64,000 nt of DNA from Lachnospiraceae bacterium (GCA_017940415.1 JAGAYR010000012.1:4723-68722), one strand, 5' to 3'; counted from the stretch's first letter, positions 27,804 through 38,051 are shown. Notes: a model not told the origin generated them from the letters alone. Translations and numbers: made by a program.

Positions 27804-28694
27804 ATGAAGGAGTGGATTGAAGTGGCCCAGAATATGATCGAATGGCTCGAAACGCATCCGGATTGCGGAAGGGTATTGGATAGCTTGTCTGACGAGATGG
27901 GTTATTCGCCCTGGTACTGTTCGGTTCTGTTCCACGATGTAACCGGTATGACCATAAAAGCCTATACATCGGGAAGGCGCCTGGCCTGCGCCGCAGAAGA
28001 GATAAGGGACACTGATGAAAGGATCCTGGATATTGCACTGAAGTACGGATATTCTTCTCAGGAAGCACTGTCCAGAGTTTTTAAGGAACAGTTCGGGTGT
28101 ACACCGGCTGCCTACCGTAAAAATCCGATCCCTATTCCCCTCCAAATACATAAAGTAGTACTGTTTCCTGACTATTATGAAAAAGAGAGGATAAAGACTA
28201 TGGAAGAATCAAGACTCGGCATCAGCGTTGAATACATCCCCGCTCATAAATATATGGGCATCTGGGAAAAGAAGGCATCGAACTATTGTGAATTCTGGGA
28301 GCATCATGACTGTGATACCGTATGCGGTTATGTGACCAGCATGGAGAAGAATGCACATCCTGTTGTCACTCCTCACACCGCCGGATGGAATGTGGAAAAC
28401 GGAAAGAGAACCTATTTTTACGGAACCGGTGTAGAGGACGGATTTACAGGACCTGTTCCCGAGGGATTTGAGGTGAAGGATATTCCGGGAAGCTATTATC
28501 TGGTATTTTCCTATCCCTCCTTTGACTATCTGGCTGAAAACGTTGATGTTATGACAGCTGTGGAGAAGCTTGCGTGGAATTTCGATCCTAAGACCATGGG
28601 ATATGAGTGGAACGAGGATGACTGTCCCGATTATCAGCGCCATAATCCCGAAAAGCTGGGATATCAGATTCTTCGTCCCGTGAAAAAGATCTGA
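27804..28694 (+). CDS. AraC family regulator with GyrI-like effector domain
   Basis: ILDIALKYGYSSQEALSRVFKEQFGCTPAAYR. Confidence 0.92.
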   Translation: MKEWIEVAQNMIEWLETHPDCGRVLDSLSDEMGYSPWYCSVLFHDVTGMTIKAYTSGRRLACAAEEIRDTDERILDIALKYGYSSQEALSRVFKEQFGCTPAAYRKNPIPIPLQIHKVVLFPDYYEKERIKTMEESRLGISVEYIPAHKYMGIWEKKASNYCEFWEHHDCDTVCGYVTSMEKNAHPVVTPHTAGWNVENGKRTYFYGTGVEDGFTGPVPEGFEVKDIPGSYYLVFSYPSFDYLAENVDVMTAVEKLAWNFDPKTMGYEWNEDDCPDYQRHNPEKLGYQILRPVKKI

Positions 28695-28726
28695 GACATA
28701 GAAGAAATCGAATAAATCATAATTTC

Positions 28727-28770
28727 AGACCTCTTTTGGTGATATTCATCACCTTAAGAGGTCTTTTTTT
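28727..28770 (+). terminator. Rho-independent terminator
   Basis: agacctctt..ggtga/tcacc..aagaggtct plus T-run. Confidence 0.8.
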
Positions 28771-28882
28771 GTGAATAATTTGTGAACAAAGTAGTGACCG
28801 ATGGATTTATAGAATCGTCTATAAGGTTGAGGGGACATTACAGAGATGTTTTCTCTGTTTCCGAAACAAGGAGGGAAATATT

Positions 28883-30511
28883 ATGAAAAAACGATTTGTA
28901 ACTCTTTTACTTGCAGTCATGACGGTAACGGCTCTTGTGGGTTGCGGAAGTGATTCCGGAGCGAGTGTGAGCACGGCTCCCGGATCTACATCCGACATGG
29001 GGAATTACGCAGTGGCCTGCGAGCCCATGATGGATGCGGCATGTGCGGAAGACATGGATTATGAGTATACTTATGCGATCAATGGGGTACGTGATACCGA
29101 AGCGGAAGTGTCATACGAAGAATTCAATACCGAGGAGTATCTTGAGATCAAAGAGAACGGATTTGTTCTTGTAGCGGATAATCCTCTTTCAACCTTTTCC
29201 GCAGATGTGGATACCGGCTCATATTGCAACTTAAGAAGGATCATTAATGACGGATGGAGCCTTGATAATGTTGCAAGCTCCGTAAGAACCGAAGAGATCA
29301 TAAATTATTTCGATTATGAAGTTAATGATAAGAGCGACGTATTCAGCGTTCAGTATGAAGTCGGAAATTGCCCCTGGAACGAAGATCACAAGCTTCTTGT
29401 CATGACATTCCAGGCAAATGCCGAAGAAAGTGTATCAAATGAAGGTAATAATTTTGTATTCCTTATCGATTCTTCAGGCTCCATGAGCAGTAAGGATAAA
29501 CTTGAGCTCGCCATTGAAAGCTTTAAGATGCTTGCGAAATCTCTCGGTAAAAACGACAGAGTCTCCATCGTGACTTATTCCGGAGACAGCAGACTGCTTC
29601 TTGAAGGATCCAATGATTATTATGAAATCTGTAAGGCACTTGATCAGATAAGTGCAGGCGGCGGAACCAACGGATCAGGCGGAATCACCGCAGCGTATGA
29701 ATGCGCCAACAATAACTTTATCGAAGGCGGAAATAACCGTGTCATCATCGCATCCGACGGAGATATGAATCTTGGTATCACCAGTACCGGCGGACTTACC
29801 GATCTTATCACCGAAGAAAAAGAAACCGGCGTATTCCTCACCGTTCTCGGATTCGGAAGCGGAAATTACAGTGACGCCAATATGGAATCCATTGCGGATG
29901 CAGGTAACGGCAACTACTACTATATCGATACCATTGATGAGGCAAGAAGAGTACTTGTAGATAAACTTAAGCAGACAACCCTTACCGTAGCCAAGGATGT
30001 TAAGTTCCAGGCCGAGTTCAATCCCGCTGTTGTTTATTCCTATAGACAGATCGGATATGAAAACAGAGTAATGTCGGCCTCCGATTTTAACGATGATACC
30101 AAGGACGGCGGAGAAGTAGGTGCAGGTCAGCAGGTTACCATCGCATATGAGATTGAACTTGTGGGATCACAGGAAGGCGGCATCGATCTTAAGTATCAGG
30201 ATTCAGAGATCGTTGAGGGATTTGAAAATGAGATCTGTACAGTAGCTGTAAGATATAAGGAGCCCGATGCGGACGAAAGTTCAAAGCTCACTTATGTGGT
30301 TGAAAACAATACCGATGCGGACGCGGTTCATTCCGATGATTTCAATTTCGTGGCAGGTATCATAGAGGCTTCCATGGTCATCAGAGACAGTGAATATGCC
30401 GGAAATGCTACCCTGGACAGCGCTTATATTCTTGCAAACAGCGGAACAAAGGGAGACGAGTACAGAAAAGAATTCTGCGTTCTTCTTATATTGCTTGGCG
30501 CCGATGAATAA
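28883..30511 (+). CDS. vWA-domain lipoprotein (YfbK/DUF3520-like)
   Basis: Lipobox LVGC; STFSADVDTGSY, MIDAS DSSGS, SDGD, AKDVKFQAEFNP. Confidence 0.9.
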   Translation: MKKRFVTLLLAVMTVTALVGCGSDSGASVSTAPGSTSDMGNYAVACEPMMDAACAEDMDYEYTYAINGVRDTEAEVSYEEFNTEEYLEIKENGFVLVADNPLSTFSADVDTGSYCNLRRIINDGWSLDNVASSVRTEEIINYFDYEVNDKSDVFSVQYEVGNCPWNEDHKLLVMTFQANAEESVSNEGNNFVFLIDSSGSMSSKDKLELAIESFKMLAKSLGKNDRVSIVTYSGDSRLLLEGSNDYYEICKALDQISAGGGTNGSGGITAAYECANNNFIEGGNNRVIIASDGDMNLGITSTGGLTDLITEEKETGVFLTVLGFGSGNYSDANMESIADAGNGNYYYIDTIDEARRVLVDKLKQTTLTVAKDVKFQAEFNPAVVYSYRQIGYENRVMSASDFNDDTKDGGEVGAGQQVTIAYEIELVGSQEGGIDLKYQDSEIVEGFENEICTVAVRYKEPDADESSKLTYVVENNTDADAVHSDDFNFVAGIIEASMVIRDSEYAGNATLDSAYILANSGTKGDEYRKEFCVLLILLGADE

Positions 30512-30541
30512 AGAGGAGTTTTGAAAAATCCCCATTTTTTG

Positions 30542-30570
30542 TTGATATAAATATCCGATAATGGTATTAT
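30542..30570 (+). promoter_or_regulatory. Sigma-A promoter of scfA
   Basis: TTGATA-17 nt-TATTAT with extended TG. Confidence 0.6.
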
Positions 30571-30617
30571 TTTTCGGAAGTTATTAATTCAAAATATAGA
30601 GATATTGAGGGATTGAA

Positions 30618-30764
30618 ATGAAAAGAATCAAAACTCTTGAAACCCGTAATCTTTGCGAAAGCGCTAAGAAGGGCGGATGCGGCGAGTGCCAGACTTCATG
30701 TCAGTCTGCATGCAAGACCAGCTGTGGTGTTGCTAACCAGAAGTGCGAAAATAAAGCTAAATAA
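30618..30764 (+). CDS. scfA: SCIFF ranthipeptide precursor (48 aa); below ORF-track cutoff
   Basis: MKRIKTLETRNLCESAKKGGCGECQTSCQSACKTSCGVANQKCENKAK. Confidence 0.97.
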   Translation: MKRIKTLETRNLCESAKKGGCGECQTSCQSACKTSCGVANQKCENKAK

Positions 30765-30790
30765 GTAGTTTTCTCGGACAATGAAGTAAA

Positions 30791-30830
30791 CCCCTTTTGC
30801 CGGCACTGCTGACAAAAGGGGCTTTTATTT
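30791..30830 (+). terminator. Hairpin/terminator between scfA and scfB
   Basis: ccccttttg/caaaagggg stem plus T-rich tail. Confidence 0.7.
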
Positions 30831-30866
30831 AGGGCATTTTGCCTACAACAGATTTTGGGAGAAAAT

Positions 30867-32249
30867 ATGGTTCATCAGTACAAACTTAACGGATTTAATA
30901 TAGTTCTGGATTCATGCTCGGGTTCTGTCCACGATGTGGACGAAGTCGCTTACGATATGATCGAGATGTTTCCGGATCATTCCAAAGAGGAAATCGTAGA
31001 GAAACTGTGCGCAAAATACGCCGGCCGTGACGATGTCACAAAAGAAGATCTTCTTGAGTGTTATGACGATATAGTCTCACTTAAGGAGGCGGGAAAACTT
31101 TTTACCGAGGATACTTTTGAGGATATGGCAGGTACCTTTAAAGAGCGCAGCGGAAATGTGGTCAAGGCTCTTTGCCTTCATGTGGCACATACCTGTAATC
31201 TTAACTGTTCCTACTGTTTTGCAAGCCAGGGTAAATATCACGGTGACAGAGCACTAATGAGCTTCGAAGTGGGGAAGAGAGCACTTGATTTTCTCGTAGA
31301 AAATTCCGGAAGCCGTACAAATCTTGAAGTGGACTTTTTCGGCGGCGAGCCTCTTATGAATTTCGATGTGGTCAAAGAACTTGTTAAGTACGCAAGGAGC
31401 ATCGAAAAAGAAAAGAATAAGAATTTCCGTTTTACACTTACGACAAACGGAGTTCTGATTGACGATGATGTTATAGAATTTGCAAATAAAGAAATGAGTA
31501 ACGTAGTCCTGTCTCTTGACGGACGTAAAGAAGTACACGACCGTTTCAGAGTTGATTTTGCTGGAAACGGAAGCTACGAAACCATAATCCCCAAGTTCAA
31601 AAAGCTTGTTGATGCAAGAGGCGGCAAGGGGTATTACATCCGCGGAACCTTTACTCATTTCAATCCGGATTTCACCAAGGACGTATTCCACATGGCGGAT
31701 CTCGGTTTTACGGAACTCAGCATGGAGCCCGTTGTGGGAAAGCCCGAGGATGAGACAACACTTACTCCGGAAGATATCGAGATCGTAAAAGAGCAGTATG
31801 AGATCCTTGCCAAGGACATGCTCAGACGCGAGAAGGAAGGAAAGCCAATTACCTTCTATCACTATATGCTGGATCTGACCGAAGGCCCCTGTATCTATAA
31901 GAGAATTTCCGGATGCGGATCGGGAACCGAATATATGGCAGTCACTCCCTGGGGAGATCTGTATCCCTGCCATCAGTTTGTGGGTGAGGAATCATATAAG
32001 CTCGGAGACGTATTTAGCGGTGTGACCAACGATACTCTTCGTGAGGATTTCAGAAGCTGCAACGCATATGCGAGAAAAGAATGTAAGGACTGCTGGGCTA
32101 AGCTTTATTGCTCGGGCGGATGTGCAGCAAATGCATTCCATGCTTCAGGTTCCATCAGAGGTGTATACGAACCCGGATGCGAACTTTTCAAGAAGAGAAT
32201 AGAATGCGCGATCATGATGCGTGTAAGCGAAAGAAGCGAAGAGAAATAA
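30867..32249 (+). CDS. scfB: SCIFF radical SAM/SPASM maturase
   Basis: CNLNCSYC, DFFGGEP, SPASM cysteines (GCGSG, YPCHQF, CKDC..CSGGC); adjacent to scfA. Confidence 0.96.
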   Translation: MVHQYKLNGFNIVLDSCSGSVHDVDEVAYDMIEMFPDHSKEEIVEKLCAKYAGRDDVTKEDLLECYDDIVSLKEAGKLFTEDTFEDMAGTFKERSGNVVKALCLHVAHTCNLNCSYCFASQGKYHGDRALMSFEVGKRALDFLVENSGSRTNLEVDFFGGEPLMNFDVVKELVKYARSIEKEKNKNFRFTLTTNGVLIDDDVIEFANKEMSNVVLSLDGRKEVHDRFRVDFAGNGSYETIIPKFKKLVDARGGKGYYIRGTFTHFNPDFTKDVFHMADLGFTELSMEPVVGKPEDETTLTPEDIEIVKEQYEILAKDMLRREKEGKPITFYHYMLDLTEGPCIYKRISGCGSGTEYMAVTPWGDLYPCHQFVGEESYKLGDVFSGVTNDTLREDFRSCNAYARKECKDCWAKLYCSGGCAANAFHASGSIRGVYEPGCELFKKRIECAIMMRVSERSEEK

Positions 32250-32250
32250 C

Positions 32251-33453
32251 ATGACTACTCCCATAGTGGATTTCCTTGAAAAATATAAAAAGTCGGATAC
32301 TTCCAGACTTCATATGCCCGGACATAAAGGAACTGCCGAAAAGTTTTCGAATATTCCCGAGTGGTTAAGAAACATATATGCATATGACATTACGGAAATA
32401 TCCGGGGCGGATGACCTGCATCATCCCGAAGGAATAATAGGAGAAAGTGAAGAGAATGCAAGCAGGATCTTCGGAACAGATACATTTTACGTAACCGAAG
32501 GTTCAAGTCAGGTGATCAAGGCGATGATCTGGCTTGCTAAGAGACATTGGGAAGTATCCTATATGCAGGATATGGGTGAGGAAGTAATGCTGCCTCAGCC
32601 TTATCTCTTTGTTCTCGGTAAATTTCATAAGGCTCTTCTGAATGCTGCTATGCTTACGGGTGTGAGCATAGTTCAGATAGATCACGAAGGATTATCGACA
32701 GAACAGATAATATCCAAGATCTATGACGGTTTTGTGGAAGAGAATAATCCCATCGGAGTCTATGCTACATATCCGGATTATTTCGGAAATGTATTTGATA
32801 TGGGAAAACTCAAGGCAGAACTTGCCGCAATGAACATACCTCTTTTGGTGGACGGTGCCCATAGCGCATATTTTAAATTTCTTGATTCCGATAAGTATGA
32901 AGCTTACAGACATCCCATAGATCTGTGCGCGGATATGGTATGTACTTCTGCTCATAAAACTCTTCCCGCACTTACGGGAGCCGCATATCTTCATGTGGGA
33001 GAGAGCATGTCGGATGTTATTCCTGATGTTAAATATGCTCTTGATATCTTCGGTTCTTCCAGTCCGTCATATCTGATCATGGCAAGCCTTGATGCATTTA
33101 ATGCGGAGGCGGAAAACTTCAGAAATATACTCGGTCATTTTTGTGACAAGACAGAGGATCTGAAAAAAGAAATCGCCGATATGGGATTTAATGTTAAGAC
33201 TTCCGATCCGCTCAGGATAGTAGTGAAATCCGATGGCAGATTTTCCGGATATGATATTGCGGCAGCTCTTCGAAAGAGAAAGTGCGAGCCTGAATGCTGC
33301 GCAGAAGATTATGTAATTATGATGCTAACGCCCTATAATAGCGATGAGGATCTGAATCGAATAAAAGATGTATTTGCATCACTTAAAAGTAACGGTGCTT
33401 TAGATAACGCGGAAAACGAAGCAGGTTATAACTGCATGAAGAACTTTATCTGA
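32251..33453 (+). CDS. PLP-dependent Orn/Lys/Arg decarboxylase family protein (short C-terminus)
   Basis: HMPGHKG, DITE, VDGAH, SAHKTLPA, SSSPSY. Confidence 0.85.
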   Translation: MTTPIVDFLEKYKKSDTSRLHMPGHKGTAEKFSNIPEWLRNIYAYDITEISGADDLHHPEGIIGESEENASRIFGTDTFYVTEGSSQVIKAMIWLAKRHWEVSYMQDMGEEVMLPQPYLFVLGKFHKALLNAAMLTGVSIVQIDHEGLSTEQIISKIYDGFVEENNPIGVYATYPDYFGNVFDMGKLKAELAAMNIPLLVDGAHSAYFKFLDSDKYEAYRHPIDLCADMVCTSAHKTLPALTGAAYLHVGESMSDVIPDVKYALDIFGSSSPSYLIMASLDAFNAEAENFRNILGHFCDKTEDLKKEIADMGFNVKTSDPLRIVVKSDGRFSGYDIAAALRKRKCEPECCAEDYVIMMLTPYNSDEDLNRIKDVFASLKSNGALDNAENEAGYNCMKNFI

Positions 33454-34247
33454 TGGTATACGATCTTCATTATTCCAAGACAAATACATATTTGATCAAG
33501 GGTAAATCCGGAGTGCTCCTCTTTGATACCGGATGGGCAGGAACTTTTCCGGACTTTTGTAAGGCTATGGGAGAGACCGGCATCGCGGTAAAGGATATTG
33601 ATTATATTCTTATCTCACATTTTCATCCCGATCACATGGGCATAGCTCAGGAGATCGCAGGTGTTGGTGCAACGATTCTTGTTGCCGATGTTCAGAAGGA
33701 TCATATTCACGGCAGTGACGATATATTTGTCAAAGAAAACAAATTTCACTTTGTTCCCATCGATGATGTGAATATAAAAACATTCCCTGTGGATAAGGGC
33801 TGTGATGTTTTAAATGAGATGGGGATAACCGGGCAGATTCTGCATACTCCCGGTCACAGTGATGACAGTATCTCTCTGATACTTGATGACGGTTCTCTTT
33901 TTGTGGGAGATCTTAACCCGCTTTATGAACTAGAACTGCATAAGGGTACGCAGATAGAAGAGAGCTGGAATAAACTTTTATCACTGAAACCTAAAAAGAT
34001 TTATTACGGACATGCGAAAACCGCGGAGATTGATTCCGTAAAAGAAAAACCTGCATCCGATAAGGACATGTATGACCTTGTTTCCAAGATAATGAAGATG
34101 ACGGATAAGGGAATGGACGTAAACAGGATAGCTAAAAAGACCGGTGCGGATAATGAGTTTATTCAGGACGTTTTGAGAATGTATCTGACTCATCAAAACG
34201 TGGGAGTGCAGGGAATCCTGGACAGAATAGAGATAAAAAACAGATAG
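33453..34247 (+). CDS. MBL-fold metallohydrolase
   Basis: SHFHPDH, TPGHS, GD, YGH. Confidence 0.9.
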   Translation: MVYDLHYSKTNTYLIKGKSGVLLFDTGWAGTFPDFCKAMGETGIAVKDIDYILISHFHPDHMGIAQEIAGVGATILVADVQKDHIHGSDDIFVKENKFHFVPIDDVNIKTFPVDKGCDVLNEMGITGQILHTPGHSDDSISLILDDGSLFVGDLNPLYELELHKGTQIEESWNKLLSLKPKKIYYGHAKTAEIDSVKEKPASDKDMYDLVSKIMKMTDKGMDVNRIAKKTGADNEFIQDVLRMYLTHQNVGVQGILDRIEIKNR

Positions 34248-34288
34248 AAAAAAGCCCTTCACATGAGAGAGTCTCTGTGAAGGGCTTT
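34248..34288. terminator. Bidirectional terminator between convergent genes
   Basis: aaagcccttcaca/tgtgaagggcttt with A/T tails on both sides. Confidence 0.85.
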
Positions 34289-34300
34289 ATGTTTTAATGA

Positions 34301-36103
34301 TTAAATGAAGATATAGCGGATATCATCTTTGCCGCTTATGATCACTGCGGGCCACTTGGCCTGCCTTTCAACAGTTGATGCAATTAATGTTTCCCCGGGA
34401 ATTCCTTCCGATACGGTCACATTATATGCGACAAGCTCTCCTCTGTCGCAGAGCTCATCCTCCGCGTTTCCGAAACCGAAGAGGGTTCTGTCCTGCAAAG
34501 CGACCGCATATACAATATCAAGTCCCATCTCATCCTCAACAGTCATTGGCATATGGAAGTCCCATGAATTATCCGCATGAGGATTGACCATTATCATGGC
34601 GATGGCATCTTCCGGAGCATAGCTTATGAAATTCTCCCAGGTGTAAGCGCAGGGATGACGCCTGAAATCCGCAAGTGCATATGTGGGAGCGTTGAGACAT
34701 TCGGGGCGGTCTATTGTTTCTTCATAGGTGTCTTCGTAATCGCTCTTCCAGTATTCGATCTTAATATGCTTTCCGTCATCCGTGAAAGATAATGAGCTGA
34801 TCTCTGCTCCGTCAACGGTATAAATCACTCTTCCTTCGTAGTCATAGACTGTATCCATATATGAGTAGAAGGAATCCCAGATATGTTCATCGTAGATAAG
34901 GTTACAGCCTTCGATATTTTTCTCGGGCCATCCGTCACGCATGTCGAATATCGTGTATATTCCTGCGTGGGGATTCACATGTGAAGTGATGATCAGATCG
35001 TCTCCGAAAACTTCGCACTCCACAATGGAATTGGCAACTTCACTTACATAATCGTGAATAAAATACATGGCTCCGTTTACGGAGAAAGTATCGAAGTCAT
35101 AATCTATATTCTGTTCCAGAGAATACAGTTCATATTCTCCAAAGTATGCTTTTTCTACATCTCTGATTGCTTCGATGTTTCCCTCAGAATCGGTATATAC
35201 CGTGTAGATGGCTTCGGGATAAGCGCTTTTGAGTGATGCTTCGTGAAGTACACCGCTCAGATCTGCATCAGCGTTCAAGTTGTAATATGCAGCGCCCTGA
35301 TAAGAGCTCTCATCAAAGACGGCACCCAGGAATTTGAAATAAGTGTATTCATATTCCGATTCAAAGTCTACATCTATAACTTTCTGAAGTACCAGGCCCT
35401 CACCCGTAAACTCCATTGCTCTTGCATAGAATTTGGCGTTTCTTAACGGTGCTTCCACACTTTCGACTTCATTATCCCTGACGAAGATCCACTGCGTATT
35501 GAGTTCATAATCATAAGGTTCCCAATCGGGGGAATTGAAGATCTCATATACAACGTTTGATGCGCCGTTTCCCAGCTCTTCCATAAACAGGTAATCTGTG
35601 CCTGCGCTTTGGGATATCATGAATCTTCCGCTTGAAGAATTACCTAAATTAGCGGGATCCGAACCGGAAAATCCGGATCCGAAATCTATAAGATATCCGT
35701 GGATGCCCGGAAGACGATCTGCGGGATCTTCAACAAAGCTGATGGTGCCTTCGCATTGTTTGTTTGTGAAGTCCTGAGTGTACTTACATTCTCCGTTCTC
35801 ATTTATCTCAAGTATTCCGTAGGGGCTTCCTGTACTTTGATCCACAAGGGTCCACGTTCCGACAGCAAATTCGAGGATCGAATCCGATGAATCATAATCC
35901 AGTTCACGGATTCCGTTTTCTTCGGAGGTTTCTTCCGAGGGCTTCTCGTCCTCATCATCTTCATCTTTGTCCTCGTCATCCTCATCGTCTTCGTCCTGTT
36001 CCTGACGAGAGTTTTGATCAGAGGCGTTTACGGAACATCCGGATAATCCCGTACATCCAAGTACTGTGATTGCAAGCAATACGGATAATAGTCTTTTTCT
36101 CAT
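34301..36103 (-). CDS. Acidic hypothetical lipoprotein (600 aa)
   Basis: Signal peptide with LSGC lipobox, D/E-rich linker; RBS AAGGAG; no recognised domain. Confidence 0.8.
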   Translation of the reverse strand: MRKRLLSVLLAITVLGCTGLSGCSVNASDQNSRQEQDEDDEDDEDKDEDDEDEKPSEETSEENGIRELDYDSSDSILEFAVGTWTLVDQSTGSPYGILEINENGECKYTQDFTNKQCEGTISFVEDPADRLPGIHGYLIDFGSGFSGSDPANLGNSSSGRFMISQSAGTDYLFMEELGNGASNVVYEIFNSPDWEPYDYELNTQWIFVRDNEVESVEAPLRNAKFYARAMEFTGEGLVLQKVIDVDFESEYEYTYFKFLGAVFDESSYQGAAYYNLNADADLSGVLHEASLKSAYPEAIYTVYTDSEGNIEAIRDVEKAYFGEYELYSLEQNIDYDFDTFSVNGAMYFIHDYVSEVANSIVECEVFGDDLIITSHVNPHAGIYTIFDMRDGWPEKNIEGCNLIYDEHIWDSFYSYMDTVYDYEGRVIYTVDGAEISSLSFTDDGKHIKIEYWKSDYEDTYEETIDRPECLNAPTYALADFRRHPCAYTWENFISYAPEDAIAMIMVNPHADNSWDFHMPMTVEDEMGLDIVYAVALQDRTLFGFGNAEDELCDRGELVAYNVTVSEGIPGETLIASTVERQAKWPAVIISGKDDIRYIFI

Positions 36104-36247
36104 GACCGCTCCTTTATAATGCTTATTATAATATTGTTCATTTTACCACGATAAGTAAGATGAATAAATGTCGCTGTTCGGGGTATCATTAACAGTGTAA
36201 TTCCGATAAAATGAACATATCTGTTTGATAATAAGGAGGAAAAAGAT

Positions 36248-36592
36248 ATGCCTTTTATTAATTCCAAAGTAACAGTTAAGATTTCCGAGGAGCAGGAAAA
36301 GGAACTTAAATCCAGACTCGGACAGGCTATCGCAATGGTTCCCGGAAAGAGTGAAAGCTGGCTCATGACCGGATTTGAAGACGGATATCATCTCTATTTC
36401 AGGGGAGATAACAGCGAGCCCATAGCGTTCGTTGAAGTAAGCGTATTCGGAAGTTCCGATAAGAATGCTTTTTCTAAGCTTACAGGTGAGATCTGCAAAA
36501 TATTCGGAGAGGTCCTTGGAATAGCTGCAGATCATATATATGTAAAATATTCCGCTACTACCGACTGGGGATGGAACGGAAGCAATTTCTGA
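36248..36592 (+). CDS. MIF/phenylpyruvate tautomerase-like protein
   Basis: N-terminal Pro (MPFI), PGKSESWLM, WGWNGSNF. Confidence 0.88.
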   Translation: MPFINSKVTVKISEEQEKELKSRLGQAIAMVPGKSESWLMTGFEDGYHLYFRGDNSEPIAFVEVSVFGSSDKNAFSKLTGEICKIFGEVLGIAADHIYVKYSATTDWGWNGSNF

Positions 36593-36601
36593 TATCAGGG
36601 T

Positions 36602-37267
36602 ATGAGATACGATAACATCACTAAAGCCGTTTTCTTAAACAGACCGAACCGCTTTATCGCAAATGTGGAGATAGAAGGTCATAAGGAAACGGTTCATGTT
36701 AAGAATACCGGCAGGTGCAAGGAACTTCTTATCCCGGGATGCGAAGTGTGGCTTACGGCTCCGGACAGTCCGGGGCGAAAGACCAAGTACGATCTGGTTG
36801 CGGTAAGGAAGAGCACCGGTATTCTTTTCAACATAGATTCTCAGGCCCCCAATAAGGTGGTAAAAGAATGGCTGGAAGGCCGGGATTACGACAAAGTGAT
36901 CCCCGAATATACTTACGGATCATCCCGGATTGATTTCTATATGGAAAAAGGATCCGAAAAATACCTGATGGAGGTCAAAGGATGCACCCTTGAGAGGGAA
37001 GGTATAGGATACTTTCCCGATGCACCCACCGAAAGAGGCATCAAGCATATCCACGAACTGATCGGTGCCAAAAAGGAAGGCTATAATGCGATCCTTGCCT
37101 TTGTGATCCAGATGGACGGGGTCAGTGAAGTCAGAGCAAATGTCACGACACATCCCGAATTCGGAACGGCTCTGGATGAAGCCTTAAAAGCCGGAGTTGA
37201 AGTGAAGTTCTTAAAATGCCACGTAGAGCCGGATCTGCTGGTGATCAAAGAGGAGAGTAAAAGATGA
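36602..37267 (+). CDS. sfsA: SfsA DNA/RNA nuclease
   Basis: RPNRF, HVKNTGR, SRIDF, EVKG, FPDAPTERG. Confidence 0.95.
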   Translation: MRYDNITKAVFLNRPNRFIANVEIEGHKETVHVKNTGRCKELLIPGCEVWLTAPDSPGRKTKYDLVAVRKSTGILFNIDSQAPNKVVKEWLEGRDYDKVIPEYTYGSSRIDFYMEKGSEKYLMEVKGCTLEREGIGYFPDAPTERGIKHIHELIGAKKEGYNAILAFVIQMDGVSEVRANVTTHPEFGTALDEALKAGVEVKFLKCHVEPDLLVIKEESKR

Positions 37268-37770
37268 TGATCCGTAGCGCTAAGCCTGAGGATGCCGAAA
37301 GGCTTTTGGAAATATATTCGTATTATGTTGAAAATACGGCGATTTCTTTTGAATACGAGACTCCGACCCTTGAGGAGTTCAGAGAACGTATAGTTACGAT
37401 CTTGAAGAAATATCCTTATATTGTTCTGGAAGATGAGGGAGTTATCAAGGGATATGCGTATGCCGGAGTCTTCAAGGGTAGAGCGGCATATGATCATTGC
37501 TGTGAAACGACAATATATCTGGACAAGGATTCAAAGGGCAGCGGATACGGAAGGGCTTTGTATGAGGCCCTGGAGAATGAATTGAAAAAAATCGGTATTA
37601 TAAATCTGTACGCCTGTATCGGTGATCCTGAAACGGAAGATGAGTATCTGACCAAAAACAGTGAACATTTTCACTCTCACATGGGTTATACCAAAGTGGG
37701 TGAGTTTCATAAGTGCGGATATAAGTTCGGACGCTGGTATAACATGATCTGGATGGAGAAGATGATATAA
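37264..37770 (+). CDS. GNAT N-acetyltransferase (phosphinothricin acetyltransferase-like)
   Basis: TAISFE, GYAYA, GSGYGRAL, GYKFGRW. Confidence 0.9.
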   Translation: MMIRSAKPEDAERLLEIYSYYVENTAISFEYETPTLEEFRERIVTILKKYPYIVLEDEGVIKGYAYAGVFKGRAAYDHCCETTIYLDKDSKGSGYGRALYEALENELKKIGIINLYACIGDPETEDEYLTKNSEHFHSHMGYTKVGEFHKCGYKFGRWYNMIWMEKMI

Positions 37771-37838
37771 GGGTCACGCCGACAATAAGAGCCCCTAATC
37801 ACTCGGAAGAACGCTTCCTCGCGAAGGGGCTCTAATAG

Positions 37839-37912
<74 letters not shown>

Positions 37913-38051
37913 TAAATAATTAATTTTTCAGATAATAAATGTTGAAGTTAAGCCGTTTTAATGGGAAAATATAGCATATATGATGTTTCCCGAAACGACT
38001 TAAGAATAATACACTTTTTAAAAATATGTGTCAATCACAGGGGGTACCTAT

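Noticed and set aside
28768-28786. TTTGTGAA x2 as a Rex operator
   Set aside because: It is a direct repeat rather than the Rex palindrome, and it overlaps the terminator T-tail.
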